The notes: generated by a model not told the origin, from the letters alone. A stretch of 64,000 bases of DNA from Desulfobacterales bacterium (GCA_963674755.2 CAXXVS010000002.1:1696001-1760000); one strand, 5' to 3'. Shown: positions 39,770-49,826, counted from the stretch's first letter. Numbers and translations: made by a program.

Positions 39770-40423
39770 ATGGCTGAAATCGACATCGACCGGAAAAAGG
39801 TAGTGGTCAAAATCGTCTACTACGGCCCGGCCCTAAGCGGCAAAACCACCAATCTGATGCAACTGCACGGTCTGCTGGATCCGACGAGCTGCGGCGAGTT
39901 CATGTCCTTTGAAACCAAGGGGGACCGCACCCTGTTCTTCGATCTGCTGCCCATGATGATCCGCACCCCCCAGGGCTTCAGCGCCAAAATCAAACTCTTC
40001 ACCGTTCCCGGCCAGGTGGCCCATGACGCCACCCGCAAGGCCGTGCTCTCCCGGGCCGACGGGGTGGTCTTCGTGGCGGACTCCCAGGAGAGCCAGGCCC
40101 TCAACAACTTCGAAAGTTTTTCCAACCTCGAAGCCAACGCGGGCCGGGTGGGGTTGGACTTCGCCCGGCTGCCTCTGGTGATCCAATTCAACAAGCGTGA
40201 CCTGCCCGATATCGTCAGCGAGGACCAGGTGCAGCAACGCTGGCGCCCCAGCGGCCTGCCCCTGATCTTTGCCGCGGCCCTGCAGGGGAAAGGCGTTCGG
40301 GATACCTTCGCGGCCATCCTGAACGCCACCTTCCGGCATCTGGAGGATCAGATGCAATTGGGCCGCCGCTGCGGATTCACCGAGACGCTGTTCAGGGAAC
40401 TCGCCGGGAATTTAGCGGAGTGA
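39770..40423 (+). CDS. mglA: MglA-family small Ras-like GTPase
   Basis: KIVYYGPALSGKTTNL, DRTLFFDLLP (intrinsic Arg), TVPGQ, DGVVFVADS, NKRDLP. Confidence 0.9.
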   Translation: MAEIDIDRKKVVVKIVYYGPALSGKTTNLMQLHGLLDPTSCGEFMSFETKGDRTLFFDLLPMMIRTPQGFSAKIKLFTVPGQVAHDATRKAVLSRADGVVFVADSQESQALNNFESFSNLEANAGRVGLDFARLPLVIQFNKRDLPDIVSEDQVQQRWRPSGLPLIFAAALQGKGVRDTFAAILNATFRHLEDQMQLGRRCGFTETLFRELAGNLAE

Positions 40424-40427
40424 TATC

Positions 40428-41780
40428 GTGGTGACTGAGACGGAACATACCCTTGCGACGGAAGCCTTCGACCGCGAATACGGTCTGACGGATCTTCTGG
40501 ATCCCAAACGACTGGCCGTGGTCTTCCGCCAGGTCGAAGCCGGCGGCTTGCTACGGCTGGTCATATGCCATCCGGACGGAAAGCCCTATTTCCCGAAGGG
40601 GGCGCCGGCGTCCTCATCTTCAACCGACGAACTCCCTCAGGGGGCGACGCTGCCCCTTCGCCATGAGCTGGAAACGGTAGGGATTCTTCAGGTGCGAGGG
40701 GCGGCAGATCTCGCCCCGGAGGCCCGGCGCAGTGTGGCCGGCTTTGCCCGGGCCGTGCTGGAAGGCCTCATGATGGAGCGCTACCGTTATCTCATGAGCG
40801 CCCGCCTGCATGGGGAAGTGGTCGAGGATTCCTACCTGCGCCTGCAGCAAAAGGCCGAAGCCCTGGCCAAATCTGAAGCCCGTTATAAGGGGCTGGCCGC
40901 CCGACTTGAGAAAGAGGTTGCTCGGCAGGCCGAAGAAATCCGTGAGACCCAGGCCCGTCTGATGGAACGCGCCCAGCTGGCGGCCATCGGGCAACTGGCG
41001 GCCGGCATGGCCCACGAAATTAACAACCCCATGGGCTTTATCAGCAGCAATCTCAACACGCTGGAGCAATACACCCGCGAACTCGCCCCCCTTTTGACCG
41101 ATGCGCGCCGCTTTTGGCGCTTTATAGAGGGTTGTCCTGCGCCGCTAGAGGGACGGGATGATGTCGGCCGGCAAGCCGCCGCACTAGAGGAGGCGGCCTG
41201 CCGGATCGACCTCGATTACCTGCTTGTCGATCTGCCGGAGTTGCTCCGGGAATCCCGCGAGGGCAGCGAGCGCATCCGCACTATTGTCGCCAACCTCAAA
41301 TCCTTTGCCCAGCCCGGAATTGAAACCAGGACCACCCTGGACCTCAATCGCTGCCTCGAAGCCACCCTCCAGGTGCTGAGCCCCAACATGGCCGGCCGCG
41401 TCACGGCCGCCTGCCGCCTGGCGGACGCCCTGCCGGAAGTCCTGGGAAGCGAATCCCAACTCAACCAGGCCTTCATGAACGTGATCCTGAACGCCGTGCA
41501 GGCCTCGCCCGCCGGCGGGGAGATACGCCTTCACACGGTCCGGAGCGGGGATGCCGTCGAGGTGCAGATTGCCGATGACGGGCCTGGCATTCCCGAGGCG
41601 CATCACAACCGTGTCTTCGAACCGTTCTACACCACCCGCGAGGTGGGCGACGGTTGCGGATTGGGTCTGACCCTGACTTACAACACCATTCAGCAGCATG
41701 GCGGAACAATCCGGATTCAGAATCCTCCGGCGGGCGGGACCACCGTGGTGATTCGTCTGCCCATCGATGGGGGGCGCTGA
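40428..41780 (+). CDS. cytoplasmic histidine kinase with short N-terminal (PocR/GAF-like) input
   Basis: QLAAGMAHEINNP, DDGPGI, EPFYTT, GCGLGL; GTG start after GGAG. Confidence 0.9.
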   Translation: MVTETEHTLATEAFDREYGLTDLLDPKRLAVVFRQVEAGGLLRLVICHPDGKPYFPKGAPASSSSTDELPQGATLPLRHELETVGILQVRGAADLAPEARRSVAGFARAVLEGLMMERYRYLMSARLHGEVVEDSYLRLQQKAEALAKSEARYKGLAARLEKEVARQAEEIRETQARLMERAQLAAIGQLAAGMAHEINNPMGFISSNLNTLEQYTRELAPLLTDARRFWRFIEGCPAPLEGRDDVGRQAAALEEAACRIDLDYLLVDLPELLRESREGSERIRTIVANLKSFAQPGIETRTTLDLNRCLEATLQVLSPNMAGRVTAACRLADALPEVLGSESQLNQAFMNVILNAVQASPAGGEIRLHTVRSGDAVEVQIADDGPGIPEAHHNRVFEPFYTTREVGDGCGLGLTLTYNTIQQHGGTIRIQNPPAGGTTVVIRLPIDGGR

Positions 41781-41781
41781 T

Positions 41782-44238
41782 ATGTCACGCTTGGCATCCC
41801 TCTTCCTGGATCAGGCGCCAAGCGCCGCCATACCCAAGGCCGCACCCGGCAAACCGCAGGCACACCCCGCCTATACCGTGCTGTTCGTGGACGACGAGCC
41901 GAGCGTTCTCAAGGCCATGCGGCGCATTTTCCACCGGGAAAACTACTGCCTCCGGACCGCCTCTTCAGGGGCTGAAGCCCTGACGATTCTCGAAGCCCAG
42001 CCCGCCCATGTGGTCGTCTCCGACCACCGCATGCCCGGCATGACCGGGGCCGAACTGCTGCGCGAAATCAAAGCCCGCTGGCCCCAAACCATCCGCATCA
42101 TGCTCACGGGCCACGCTGACGTCAGCGCCGTCATGGGGGCCGTCAACGAGGGGGCGGTCTATAAATTCATTACCAAACCCTGGAACGACGAAGACCTGCG
42201 CCTCACGGTGAGCCTGGCCCTGGAGCGCTTCGATCTCATCCAGTCCAACCAGACGCTCAAAAAAGAGACTGCCGCCCAGAAAAAGAAAATCAAGGAGCTC
42301 AGCCGGTTCGTCAATGTCCACCGCAGCCAGATCGGAGCGGTATTGGTGAAGGAAGGCTTGATCCAGCAGACGGATCTGGACAAGGCCCTGGCGACCCAGG
42401 TGCGCACCCGGCGGATTCTGCCCCGGATCCTGCTGGACATGAACCTGCTCGACGAATCCGCCCTTATCAAGGTCATCCAGAACCGCTTCAGCATCAAGCG
42501 TGTCTCTCCGGGAGAATTCAACGTTCCGCGGGAGCTGGCCGCCCTCGTCCCGCGGGAGGTCTGCGAGAAGAATGTGCTTCTCCCTCTGACCCGCACGCCC
42601 CAAGGGCTGGTGGTGGCCATGGCCGACCCCACCGACATGGCCAAGGTGGAAGATCTCAAATTCATCACGGGGATGCCGGTCATGCCGGCGGTGACCACCC
42701 AGGCGGAGATCCTGGCCAAAATAACGGACGTTTTCGGCGATTCGGAATCCCTGGAAAACGTCCTCTCGGAAATCGATATGACCGATCCCTCCGAGACCAT
42801 CGAAATCATTCTCGAAGAAGAGGATGAAGATGCCAGTCTCGAGGAACTGCTGCGGGGCAAGGACCAGCCCCCGGCCATCCGCATCGTGAATGCCATCATT
42901 TCGGACGCCCTGCGGCATCACGCCTCGGACGTGCATATCGAACCCAAAACCAAGCATGTCATGGTGCGCTACCGCATCGACGACCTGCTGCAGGACAAGA
43001 TCCACTTTCCCCTGACCCTGCACATGGCCATCGTCTCGCGCATCAAGATCATGAGCGAGCTCGACATCACCGAACGCCGCCGCCCCCAGGACGGCCGCAT
43101 CACGGTGAAGACCTCCTCGCGCATGGTGGACATGCGCATCTCCACCCTGCCCACCATCAACGGGGAAAAGGTGGTGATGCGCATCCTGGACAAGAACGCC
43201 GCCGTGCGCAGCCTGACCGACCTGGGCTTCGCGGAGAAGGATTTTACCCGTATAGCGCGCTTCATCGAGCAGCCCCAGGGCATCGTGCTGACCACCGGCC
43301 CCACCGGCAGCGGCAAGACCACCACCCTGTATGCCCTGCTGCGGGAGGGCGCTCGCATCACCAAAAATTTCACCACCATCGAGGACCCGGTGGAATACCA
43401 CATGGGCATGGCCCAGCAGGTCAACGTGCGCGAGAAGATCGGCCTGACCTTCCCGGGGGTGCTGCGGTCCATCCTGCGCCAGGACCCCAACGTGATCATG
43501 CTGGGGGAAATCCGGGATTTCGAGACCGCCGAGGTGGCCTTTCACGCCGCCCTCACCGGGCATCTCGTGCTGAGCACGCTGCACACCAACAACAGTGTGG
43601 CCTCGATTACCCGGCTGCGGGACATGGGGATGAAAGCCTATGTCATCAGCGAAGCCCTGATCGGGGTGATCGCCCAGCGCCTGGTGCGCCGGATCTGCCC
43701 GGACTGCCGGGTATCCGAGCAACCCTCCGAGGAAACCCTGCGGGCCGTCAAGGTGGTGGGCATGGACCTGTCGACCAGCAAGGGGGCCGGCTGTTCAAAA
43801 TGCAGCCAGGCCGGCTATCGCGGCCGCATGGGCATCTATGAGGTCTTCCAGGCCGACGGTGAAATCCGGCGCATGATCCACGCCGAAGCGGCCGAGAGCG
43901 AAATGATGCGGGCGGCCTGCATGGCCGGGATGACGACCCTGCTCGAGGATGCCATTGCCAAGGTAGGACAGGGCCTGACCACTTGTGAAGAAATCATCCG
44001 TGTCCTGGGCCCCCAGGATACGCTGGAAATTCAGTGCCGCCACTGCGGGGTGTTCCTGGCGGAACGTTTCCCCTTCTGTCCCTATTGCGGCGGCGCCAAC
44101 CTGCCACGCTGCCAGGCCTGCGGCAAGCTGTTGGCCGCGGACTGGGCCGCCTGTCCGGCCTGCGGACGGCGGGTGGCCGAACCCGACAACAAGCACCTCA
44201 CAACATCAACAGCGACCTATGAAAAGGATGCGAGATGA
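41782..44238 (+). CDS. REC-MshEN-like-PilB/GspE ATPase with C-terminal double zinc ribbon
   Basis: REC (VDDE, VSDHRMPG, ITKPW); IGAVLVKEGLIQQTDLDKALATQ; ASDVHIEP, PQDGRI, Walker A GPTGSGKTTT, TIEDPVEY, LRQDPNVIMLGEIRD, GHLVLSTLHTN, CPDC/CSKC; tail CRHC-CPYC-CQAC-CPAC. Confidence 0.93.
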   Translation: MSRLASLFLDQAPSAAIPKAAPGKPQAHPAYTVLFVDDEPSVLKAMRRIFHRENYCLRTASSGAEALTILEAQPAHVVVSDHRMPGMTGAELLREIKARWPQTIRIMLTGHADVSAVMGAVNEGAVYKFITKPWNDEDLRLTVSLALERFDLIQSNQTLKKETAAQKKKIKELSRFVNVHRSQIGAVLVKEGLIQQTDLDKALATQVRTRRILPRILLDMNLLDESALIKVIQNRFSIKRVSPGEFNVPRELAALVPREVCEKNVLLPLTRTPQGLVVAMADPTDMAKVEDLKFITGMPVMPAVTTQAEILAKITDVFGDSESLENVLSEIDMTDPSETIEIILEEEDEDASLEELLRGKDQPPAIRIVNAIISDALRHHASDVHIEPKTKHVMVRYRIDDLLQDKIHFPLTLHMAIVSRIKIMSELDITERRRPQDGRITVKTSSRMVDMRISTLPTINGEKVVMRILDKNAAVRSLTDLGFAEKDFTRIARFIEQPQGIVLTTGPTGSGKTTTLYALLREGARITKNFTTIEDPVEYHMGMAQQVNVREKIGLTFPGVLRSILRQDPNVIMLGEIRDFETAEVAFHAALTGHLVLSTLHTNNSVASITRLRDMGMKAYVISEALIGVIAQRLVRRICPDCRVSEQPSEETLRAVKVVGMDLSTSKGAGCSKCSQAGYRGRMGIYEVFQADGEIRRMIHAEAAESEMMRAACMAGMTTLLEDAIAKVGQGLTTCEEIIRVLGPQDTLEIQCRHCGVFLAERFPFCPYCGGANLPRCQACGKLLAADWAACPACGRRVAEPDNKHLTTSTATYEKDAR

Positions 44239-44735
44239 AAGACGACACCGTATTGGTTGTGGACGACGATGCGCCCATTCTCAAGGCCATCCAGCGGGTG
44301 CTCCGCAAGGAGCACTGCCGGGTGCTGACCGCCCCAAGCGCTGAAAAGGGCCTGGCGCTCCTGGCGGAAGAAGACATCCAGATCGTGATCAGTGACAAGA
44401 ACATGCCCCGCACCGACGGACTGGTGTTCCTCAAACAGGTCAAGAGCGAATTCCCCCAGGTGCTGACCATCATGCTGACCGGCAACGCGGATCTCAATTC
44501 GGCCGTGGAAGCCATCAACGCGGCCGGCGTCTTCAAATACCTGGTCAAACCCTGGGACGACGACGACCTGCGCTTCACCGTGCGGGAGGCCCTGGCCTTC
44601 GTCCGCCGGCAGCACGCCGGATTTTCCAGCCGCTACGACGCCAAATCCAACGACATCGTCCGGCGCGATCTGGAGAAGGATTTTCCCGGCATCACCCACG
44701 TCGTCCGGGACAAGGACGGGTATATCATCGGCTGA
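44235..44735 (+). CDS. response regulator (REC plus short C-terminal tail)
   Basis: LVVDDD, ISDKNMP, YLVKPW; ATGA overlap with the ATPase gene. Confidence 0.9.
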   Translation: MKDDTVLVVDDDAPILKAIQRVLRKEHCRVLTAPSAEKGLALLAEEDIQIVISDKNMPRTDGLVFLKQVKSEFPQVLTIMLTGNADLNSAVEAINAAGVFKYLVKPWDDDDLRFTVREALAFVRRQHAGFSSRYDAKSNDIVRRDLEKDFPGITHVVRDKDGYIIG

Positions 44736-45140
44736 AGGGACAGGGCCGACAGATCGAGCGACACCCGCCGCAGACCGTGCCGCTGGCCGACGCCCCATCC
44801 GCAGCCCCGCTGAGACATGCTGATGTTCACCCTGATCGGCGTATGATCTTGCGGATCACGCAAGACCGGCAAAGGCAGAAACCGAACGAACGACGTGGCC
44901 GCGCAAAGCACTGTTTCCCAAAACCCGACGCTCAACGAAGCGGCACGCCTGCGGGTCGCGCGCGATACCACAGTTTCCCTGGCAGATGGGCATGACGCTT
45001 TGCATCACCTATTGCTTTTTTATTACGCCCTTGCGGAGCCGCATCGTCACTCATATCGTGGCCTTGGCGAGGACGTCCGGGCGCTCGGAGATGGGGCCGG
45101 CACATTCTCTTGCTGCAGTCCGAATCCGGGGGGGGAGAAA

Positions 45141-47213
45141 TCACCCTGGCAATATACCGCAGGGATCATCCAGTGCCGACCGCACACTGGCCGCAAGATC
45201 TATTCGGGAGAAGGGCTTCTGGAGAAAATGGACGCTACCATCCAGAACGCCCCTGAGAGCGATCGCATCGGCGGTGTAGCCGGATATGAAAAGCACCTTG
45301 AGGTCGGGGTATTGGGCCTGAAAGCGCTCGGCCAGATCATGGCCGTTCATTCCCGGCATGACCACGTCTGTGATCAGCAGATCGATCTGGTCCGCATGCG
45401 CTTCGGCCAGTTCCAGGGCCCGGTCCGGGGTCAACGCGTCCAGCACGCTGTAGTCCAGTCCGGACAAAATTCGTTTGATCAGCTGCAGAATGGCGATCTC
45501 ATCTTCTACGACCAGCACGGTTTCACCGCGACCCTTGGCGATCAGGGCGGTCTCCGGCTTCCGCTCGTTCGCCACTGCACCGGCATGTCCGGGCAGGTAG
45601 ATACGGAAGCTGGTGTCACGTCCCGGTTCGCTGTATACATTGATGAATCCGTCATTCTGCCTCACGATCCCGTACACCGTGGCCAGCCCCAGGCCGGTGC
45701 CGCAACCGATCTCCTTGGTCGTGAAAAAGGGGTCGAATATCTTTTCAAGCGTTTCCCGTTCCATGCCGCGGCCATTGTCGCTGACCGCCAGCATGACGTA
45801 GTTTCCCGGCAGACATTCCGCATGGTCGACACAATAGGCCTCGTCGATGGTCACCGCACGCGTCTCGATGGTCAATTGGCCCACGTCGGCAATGGCATCC
45901 CGCGCATTGACGCACAGATTGGCCAGAATCTGATCGAGTTGGGAAGGATCCATTTGGATGGGCCATAATTTGGCACCGGGCTGCCATACGAGATTGATAT
46001 CTTCGCCGATCAGCCGGCGCAGCATCTTGAGCATGTTCTCCACGGCCGCATTCAGATCCAGAACCTCCGGGGCGATGACTTGCTGCCGGGCAAAGGCCAG
46101 CAACTGCCGGGTGATGCTGGTGGAACGCTGCGCGGCGGCAAGCACTTCCGCTAAATCGCTTTGCAGCGGGTGCTGGGAATCGAGCTGCTGCAGGGCCAGT
46201 TCCGTATGGCCGATGATCACGCTGAGCATATTGTTGAAATCGTGGGCCACACCGCCTGCCAGGCGGCCCACGGACTCCAGCTTCTGGGCCTGGAGCAGTT
46301 GGGCCTGGAGTTTCTTGCGCTCCGCCTCGCTTTGTCTGCGTTCGGTAACGTCGCGGGCCAGCCCCCGGAAGCCAACCGCCCTGCCTTTTGCATCCCGCAT
46401 CAAGGCAACGGAGGTTTCGATGTCCGCCAGCGTGCCGTCCTTTTTGATAATTTGCCAGTCGAACGCTTTGGCGGGCTCACCGCTGGAGAGCACGCGATTG
46501 AAGGTCCGGAATACGCGCTTGGCATTTTTCGGGTCCATATAGTCCCGGTTGTTCATGCCCATCAGTTTGGATTCCGGATATCCGAGGATACGCCTCGCGG
46601 CAGGATTGAAAAACGTTAAGTTCCCCGCCAGATCCACTTCAAAATAGCCCGCTTCCATATTGTCCAGAATGGTCCTGTATTTCTCTTCGCTCTCCCGAAG
46701 AGACTGTTCCATCTCCTGACGGGCCTGGATCTCGCGTTCCGCCTGGAGCATTTTCTGTTCGAGCTTGCGCACCAGCCTGGCGTTATAGAGTTTGAAAATT
46801 TCCTCGTCCGGAGCGGCGTCCGGGGTCGTTGAACCATTCCGGTGCTCGGCCGCGGCGATAAGGGCATCGACCGCCGCCATAAATTTCTTCGGTTCGCAGG
46901 GCTTCACAATGAAGCGATCCGCCCCGATCTTCAAAGCCAGCTCCTCATCCTTCGGGCCGGTGTAGGTGGCCGTGTAGATGATGAAGGGGATCCTGCTCAG
47001 GGTCGGTGCCTTTCGGACCCGGCGGCATAACTCGAACCCGTCCATCTCCGGCATCAGAATGTCGCTTACGATCAGATCGATCCCGCCCTTCTCAAGAATG
47101 GCCAGGCCTTCGGCACCGTTGGCGGCCGGTTGCACGGTGTAGCCGTTTCCTTTGAACAAGGCCTCGAGCAGATACAGATTTTCTTCATGGTCATCGACAA
47201 TCAGAATGTTCAT
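45141..47213 (-). CDS. hybrid kinase REC-PAS-HisKA-HATPase-REC
   Basis: ILIVDD, VSDILMP; PAS; GGVAHDFNN; FFTTK/GTGLGL; ITDVVMPG. Confidence 0.93.
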   Translation of the reverse strand: MNILIVDDHEENLYLLEALFKGNGYTVQPAANGAEGLAILEKGGIDLIVSDILMPEMDGFELCRRVRKAPTLSRIPFIIYTATYTGPKDEELALKIGADRFIVKPCEPKKFMAAVDALIAAAEHRNGSTTPDAAPDEEIFKLYNARLVRKLEQKMLQAEREIQARQEMEQSLRESEEKYRTILDNMEAGYFEVDLAGNLTFFNPAARRILGYPESKLMGMNNRDYMDPKNAKRVFRTFNRVLSSGEPAKAFDWQIIKKDGTLADIETSVALMRDAKGRAVGFRGLARDVTERRQSEAERKKLQAQLLQAQKLESVGRLAGGVAHDFNNMLSVIIGHTELALQQLDSQHPLQSDLAEVLAAAQRSTSITRQLLAFARQQVIAPEVLDLNAAVENMLKMLRRLIGEDINLVWQPGAKLWPIQMDPSQLDQILANLCVNARDAIADVGQLTIETRAVTIDEAYCVDHAECLPGNYVMLAVSDNGRGMERETLEKIFDPFFTTKEIGCGTGLGLATVYGIVRQNDGFINVYSEPGRDTSFRIYLPGHAGAVANERKPETALIAKGRGETVLVVEDEIAILQLIKRILSGLDYSVLDALTPDRALELAEAHADQIDLLITDVVMPGMNGHDLAERFQAQYPDLKVLFISGYTADAIALRGVLDGSVHFLQKPFSRIDLAASVRSALDDPCGILPG

Positions 47214-47302
47214 AGTGGCTGTCCATATGATTCGGATCGCTGCGAATTACAGGCCTTTGGAGGAATCGGGCGGCCAGGAAGACCCGCGCGCTCGGTGCGC
47301 TC

Positions 47303-47665
47303 TTAAAGATATCGCCGGATTTCATCGGCAAACGTTTCGGGATTGATGGGTTTTTCGATATAGCCGGTGGCGCCGGCGGCCAGAATCCGTTCCCGATCTC
47401 CCACCATGGCGTAGGAGGTCACAGCGATGATGGGGACCTCCGCCAGTTCGGGATGGCCCTTAAGCGCTTCGGCCACGGCGTAGCCGTCCATTTCGGGCAA
47501 TTGGATGTCGAGCAAAATGGCCCGCGGACGCCGCCGCAAGGCCTCGGCGACCCCCTGGCGGCCGTCCGGAGCGCCGATGATAGTAAAACCGTTTTTCTCC
47601 AAGAGAAACCGCATCATGTATAAATTCTGAGGATTGTCCTCGATGATGAGCAGGTGATCGTTCAT
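47303..47665 (-). CDS. single-domain response regulator (DivK-like)
   Basis: MNDHLLIIEDN, LLDIQLP, AVTSYAMVGDRE, YIEKPI; ATGA overlap with the upstream kinase. Confidence 0.92.
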   Translation of the reverse strand: MNDHLLIIEDNPQNLYMMRFLLEKNGFTIIGAPDGRQGVAEALRRRPRAILLDIQLPEMDGYAVAEALKGHPELAEVPIIAVTSYAMVGDRERILAAGATGYIEKPINPETFADEIRRYL

Positions 47666-49788
47666 GATGGTCTCCCATGCCGAGGAAAGCGGATGGTGAA
47701 GGTGCTCCCCTGGCCCCACCGGCTGCCGGCGTCGATGGTGCCGCCCATCAGCGTGATGAGTTTGCGGCAGATGGACAGCCCCAGGCCGGTTCCCTCGTGT
47801 TTGCGCGCCAGGCCTGTATCGATCTGGTGAAAGGGCTGGAACAGGCCGGGCAGATCTTCCGGCCGGATCCCGATTCCGGTGTCGGAAACCGCGATCGTGT
47901 AGTCATCGCCATCTCGGCTTCCGGCAATTCGCACGGATCCTTGGTCCGTAAATTTGACGGCGTTGTTAAGCAAATTGAGCATGATTTGTTCCAAACGACG
48001 CTGATCCGTGGTGGCCTCGGTCACATTGTCAGCGATCTCAACCGTCAGTGCAACCCCCTTCTTTTCAGCCTGTGGCGCCACCAGCCGGGTCACTTTTCCG
48101 ATGGCATCACGCAGATCGAAGGTCGTCGGCGCCAATTCGAGCTGTTCGGCCTCGATTTTGGAAATGTCCAGGACATCGTTGATCAGGGCCAGCAAATGAC
48201 GCGAGCTGTTCTGCACCATTTGGAGCTGCTTGTGCTGCTCGTCGTTCAAGGGTCCCGCCAGTTCCTGGAGCAAGATGCCGGTGAAACCGATAATGGAGTT
48301 GAGGGGGGTGCGCAATTCATGGCTCATGGTGGCCAAAAAGGCGGATTTGAGATGATCGGCGGATTCAGCCCGCTCCTTGGCTTCGACCAACTCAGCGGTG
48401 CGCTCCGCCACACGCTGTTCCAGTACTTCTGCGTGACGCCGCAGCTCCTCATTGAGGCGACGGATCTTTTCATCGGCCTCCACGCGGTCTGTTATATCGG
48501 AGCCGATGCTCAGGATCTCCTTCAGTTTTCCCTGTTCATCGAAGACCATCCGGTTGCGCCAGTCGATCCAGACCCGGTCGCCGCCACGTCGTATGTTCTC
48601 ATTGATATTGCGCTCGAACTTTTTCGGGTCGGCGATAATCTCCTCCATCAACGATTCCAGATTACGGCCGCTGCTTTCATATGGCGGTACGATCGTTTCC
48701 ATCACGCTGCGGCCCATGATCTCCGCTTCACGGTAGCCGAAAAAGCGCTGCCCGAACTCATTCAGAAAAGTCACCCGCCCGTCGCACGAAAAACGGAGAA
48801 TGATGCTGTTGGCCAGCACCACCAATTCCCGGTATTTTTGTTCACTCGCATTGAGGGCGCGGTTGATCTCCTGAAGCTCCCGCGTGCGGCGGTTGACCTT
48901 GGATTTCAGGATGAAACTGCCGGCAATGCTCAATAAAAGGGCCAGCCCTGCGACCAGCCCGGCGATCCGGACCCAGACCGGCAGGGTGAAATGAACCTTC
49001 TCAGATACCCATCGATCGAGGGACTGGTAGTAAATCGATTGGGGGTCCTGTTTAAGACGGATGAGATGACGGTCGATCGCCGCCAGCATGTCGGCGTTGG
49101 TGCCCTTCGGGGCAACAAAAAAGAGGTTGGAGGGGTTGAAAATGATCGCGGTGTCTTCAAGGCGAAATTGTTTGGCGTGCATCAATCCGTAAAATCGATT
49201 GGTGACGGCCGCATCGGCCTCCCCGTCGGCCACTTTTTGGAAAATGGCTTGATAGTCGGGGAGGGTCAGAAGTGTGGCATTCAGGCCGAAGTCATTGATG
49301 AGCTGTTCAAAGGCGCGATACTGAACGGAGCGCTCCAGCACCACGATGCGCTTTCCGGCCAAATCGAGAATGGAAGCGATGCCGCTGTCTTTGCGCGCAT
49401 ACACCTGAAACCAGGAAGACAGAACCGGCACCTTGTGAAAAGCATATCGCTTCTCCCGCTCCGCGGTATGGGCAACATCGGGCATGAGATCGAGCCCGCC
49501 GCTTGCGAGCCGGTCGAGGCCCTCGCCCCAGGTGCCGATGACATAGTCGAGCTCCCAGCCTTCCGCTGCGGCAATATGGGTGAGGATATCGATGAAGATC
49601 CCGGCCGGCCGGCCCGTTTCGTCGACGAAGACCTTGGGCGCGTTCTGATAGACACCGACGGTCACATGCCGGTCCGCCGCATCTGCCGGAAGGGCACCGA
49701 AAACAAGCAAGAGCAAGCATAAACCCGTCACGCACCAGTAGAGCCACTGGTCTTTTACCCTTTTTCCCCTGGAATCGTTCATACCCAT
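47662..49788 (-). CDS. sensor kinase: periplasmic SBP, TM, PAS, HisKA/HATPase
   Basis: VGVYQNAPKVF SBP; FLATMSHELRTPLN; NAVKFT; DTGIGI; GTGLGL. Confidence 0.93.
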   Translation of the reverse strand: MGMNDSRGKRVKDQWLYWCVTGLCLLLLVFGALPADAADRHVTVGVYQNAPKVFVDETGRPAGIFIDILTHIAAAEGWELDYVIGTWGEGLDRLASGGLDLMPDVAHTAEREKRYAFHKVPVLSSWFQVYARKDSGIASILDLAGKRIVVLERSVQYRAFEQLINDFGLNATLLTLPDYQAIFQKVADGEADAAVTNRFYGLMHAKQFRLEDTAIIFNPSNLFFVAPKGTNADMLAAIDRHLIRLKQDPQSIYYQSLDRWVSEKVHFTLPVWVRIAGLVAGLALLLSIAGSFILKSKVNRRTRELQEINRALNASEQKYRELVVLANSIILRFSCDGRVTFLNEFGQRFFGYREAEIMGRSVMETIVPPYESSGRNLESLMEEIIADPKKFERNINENIRRGGDRVWIDWRNRMVFDEQGKLKEILSIGSDITDRVEADEKIRRLNEELRRHAEVLEQRVAERTAELVEAKERAESADHLKSAFLATMSHELRTPLNSIIGFTGILLQELAGPLNDEQHKQLQMVQNSSRHLLALINDVLDISKIEAEQLELAPTTFDLRDAIGKVTRLVAPQAEKKGVALTVEIADNVTEATTDQRRLEQIMLNLLNNAVKFTDQGSVRIAGSRDGDDYTIAVSDTGIGIRPEDLPGLFQPFHQIDTGLARKHEGTGLGLSICRKLITLMGGTIDAGSRWGQGSTFTIRFPRHGRPS

Positions 49789-49826
49789 TGTTCCCCTATC
49801 CGCCGCTTGTTCTCAGATGACCTTTC

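Noticed and set aside
41782..44238. Complete type IV pilus or T2SS locus
   Set aside because: Only the ATPase is present; no pilins, platform, secretin or prepilin peptidase.
44868..44915. c-di-GMP-I riboswitch-like words (GGCAGAAACC...CGCAAAGC)
   Set aside because: The required paired stem with GAAA loop cannot be built, and it lies between convergent genes rather than in a leader.
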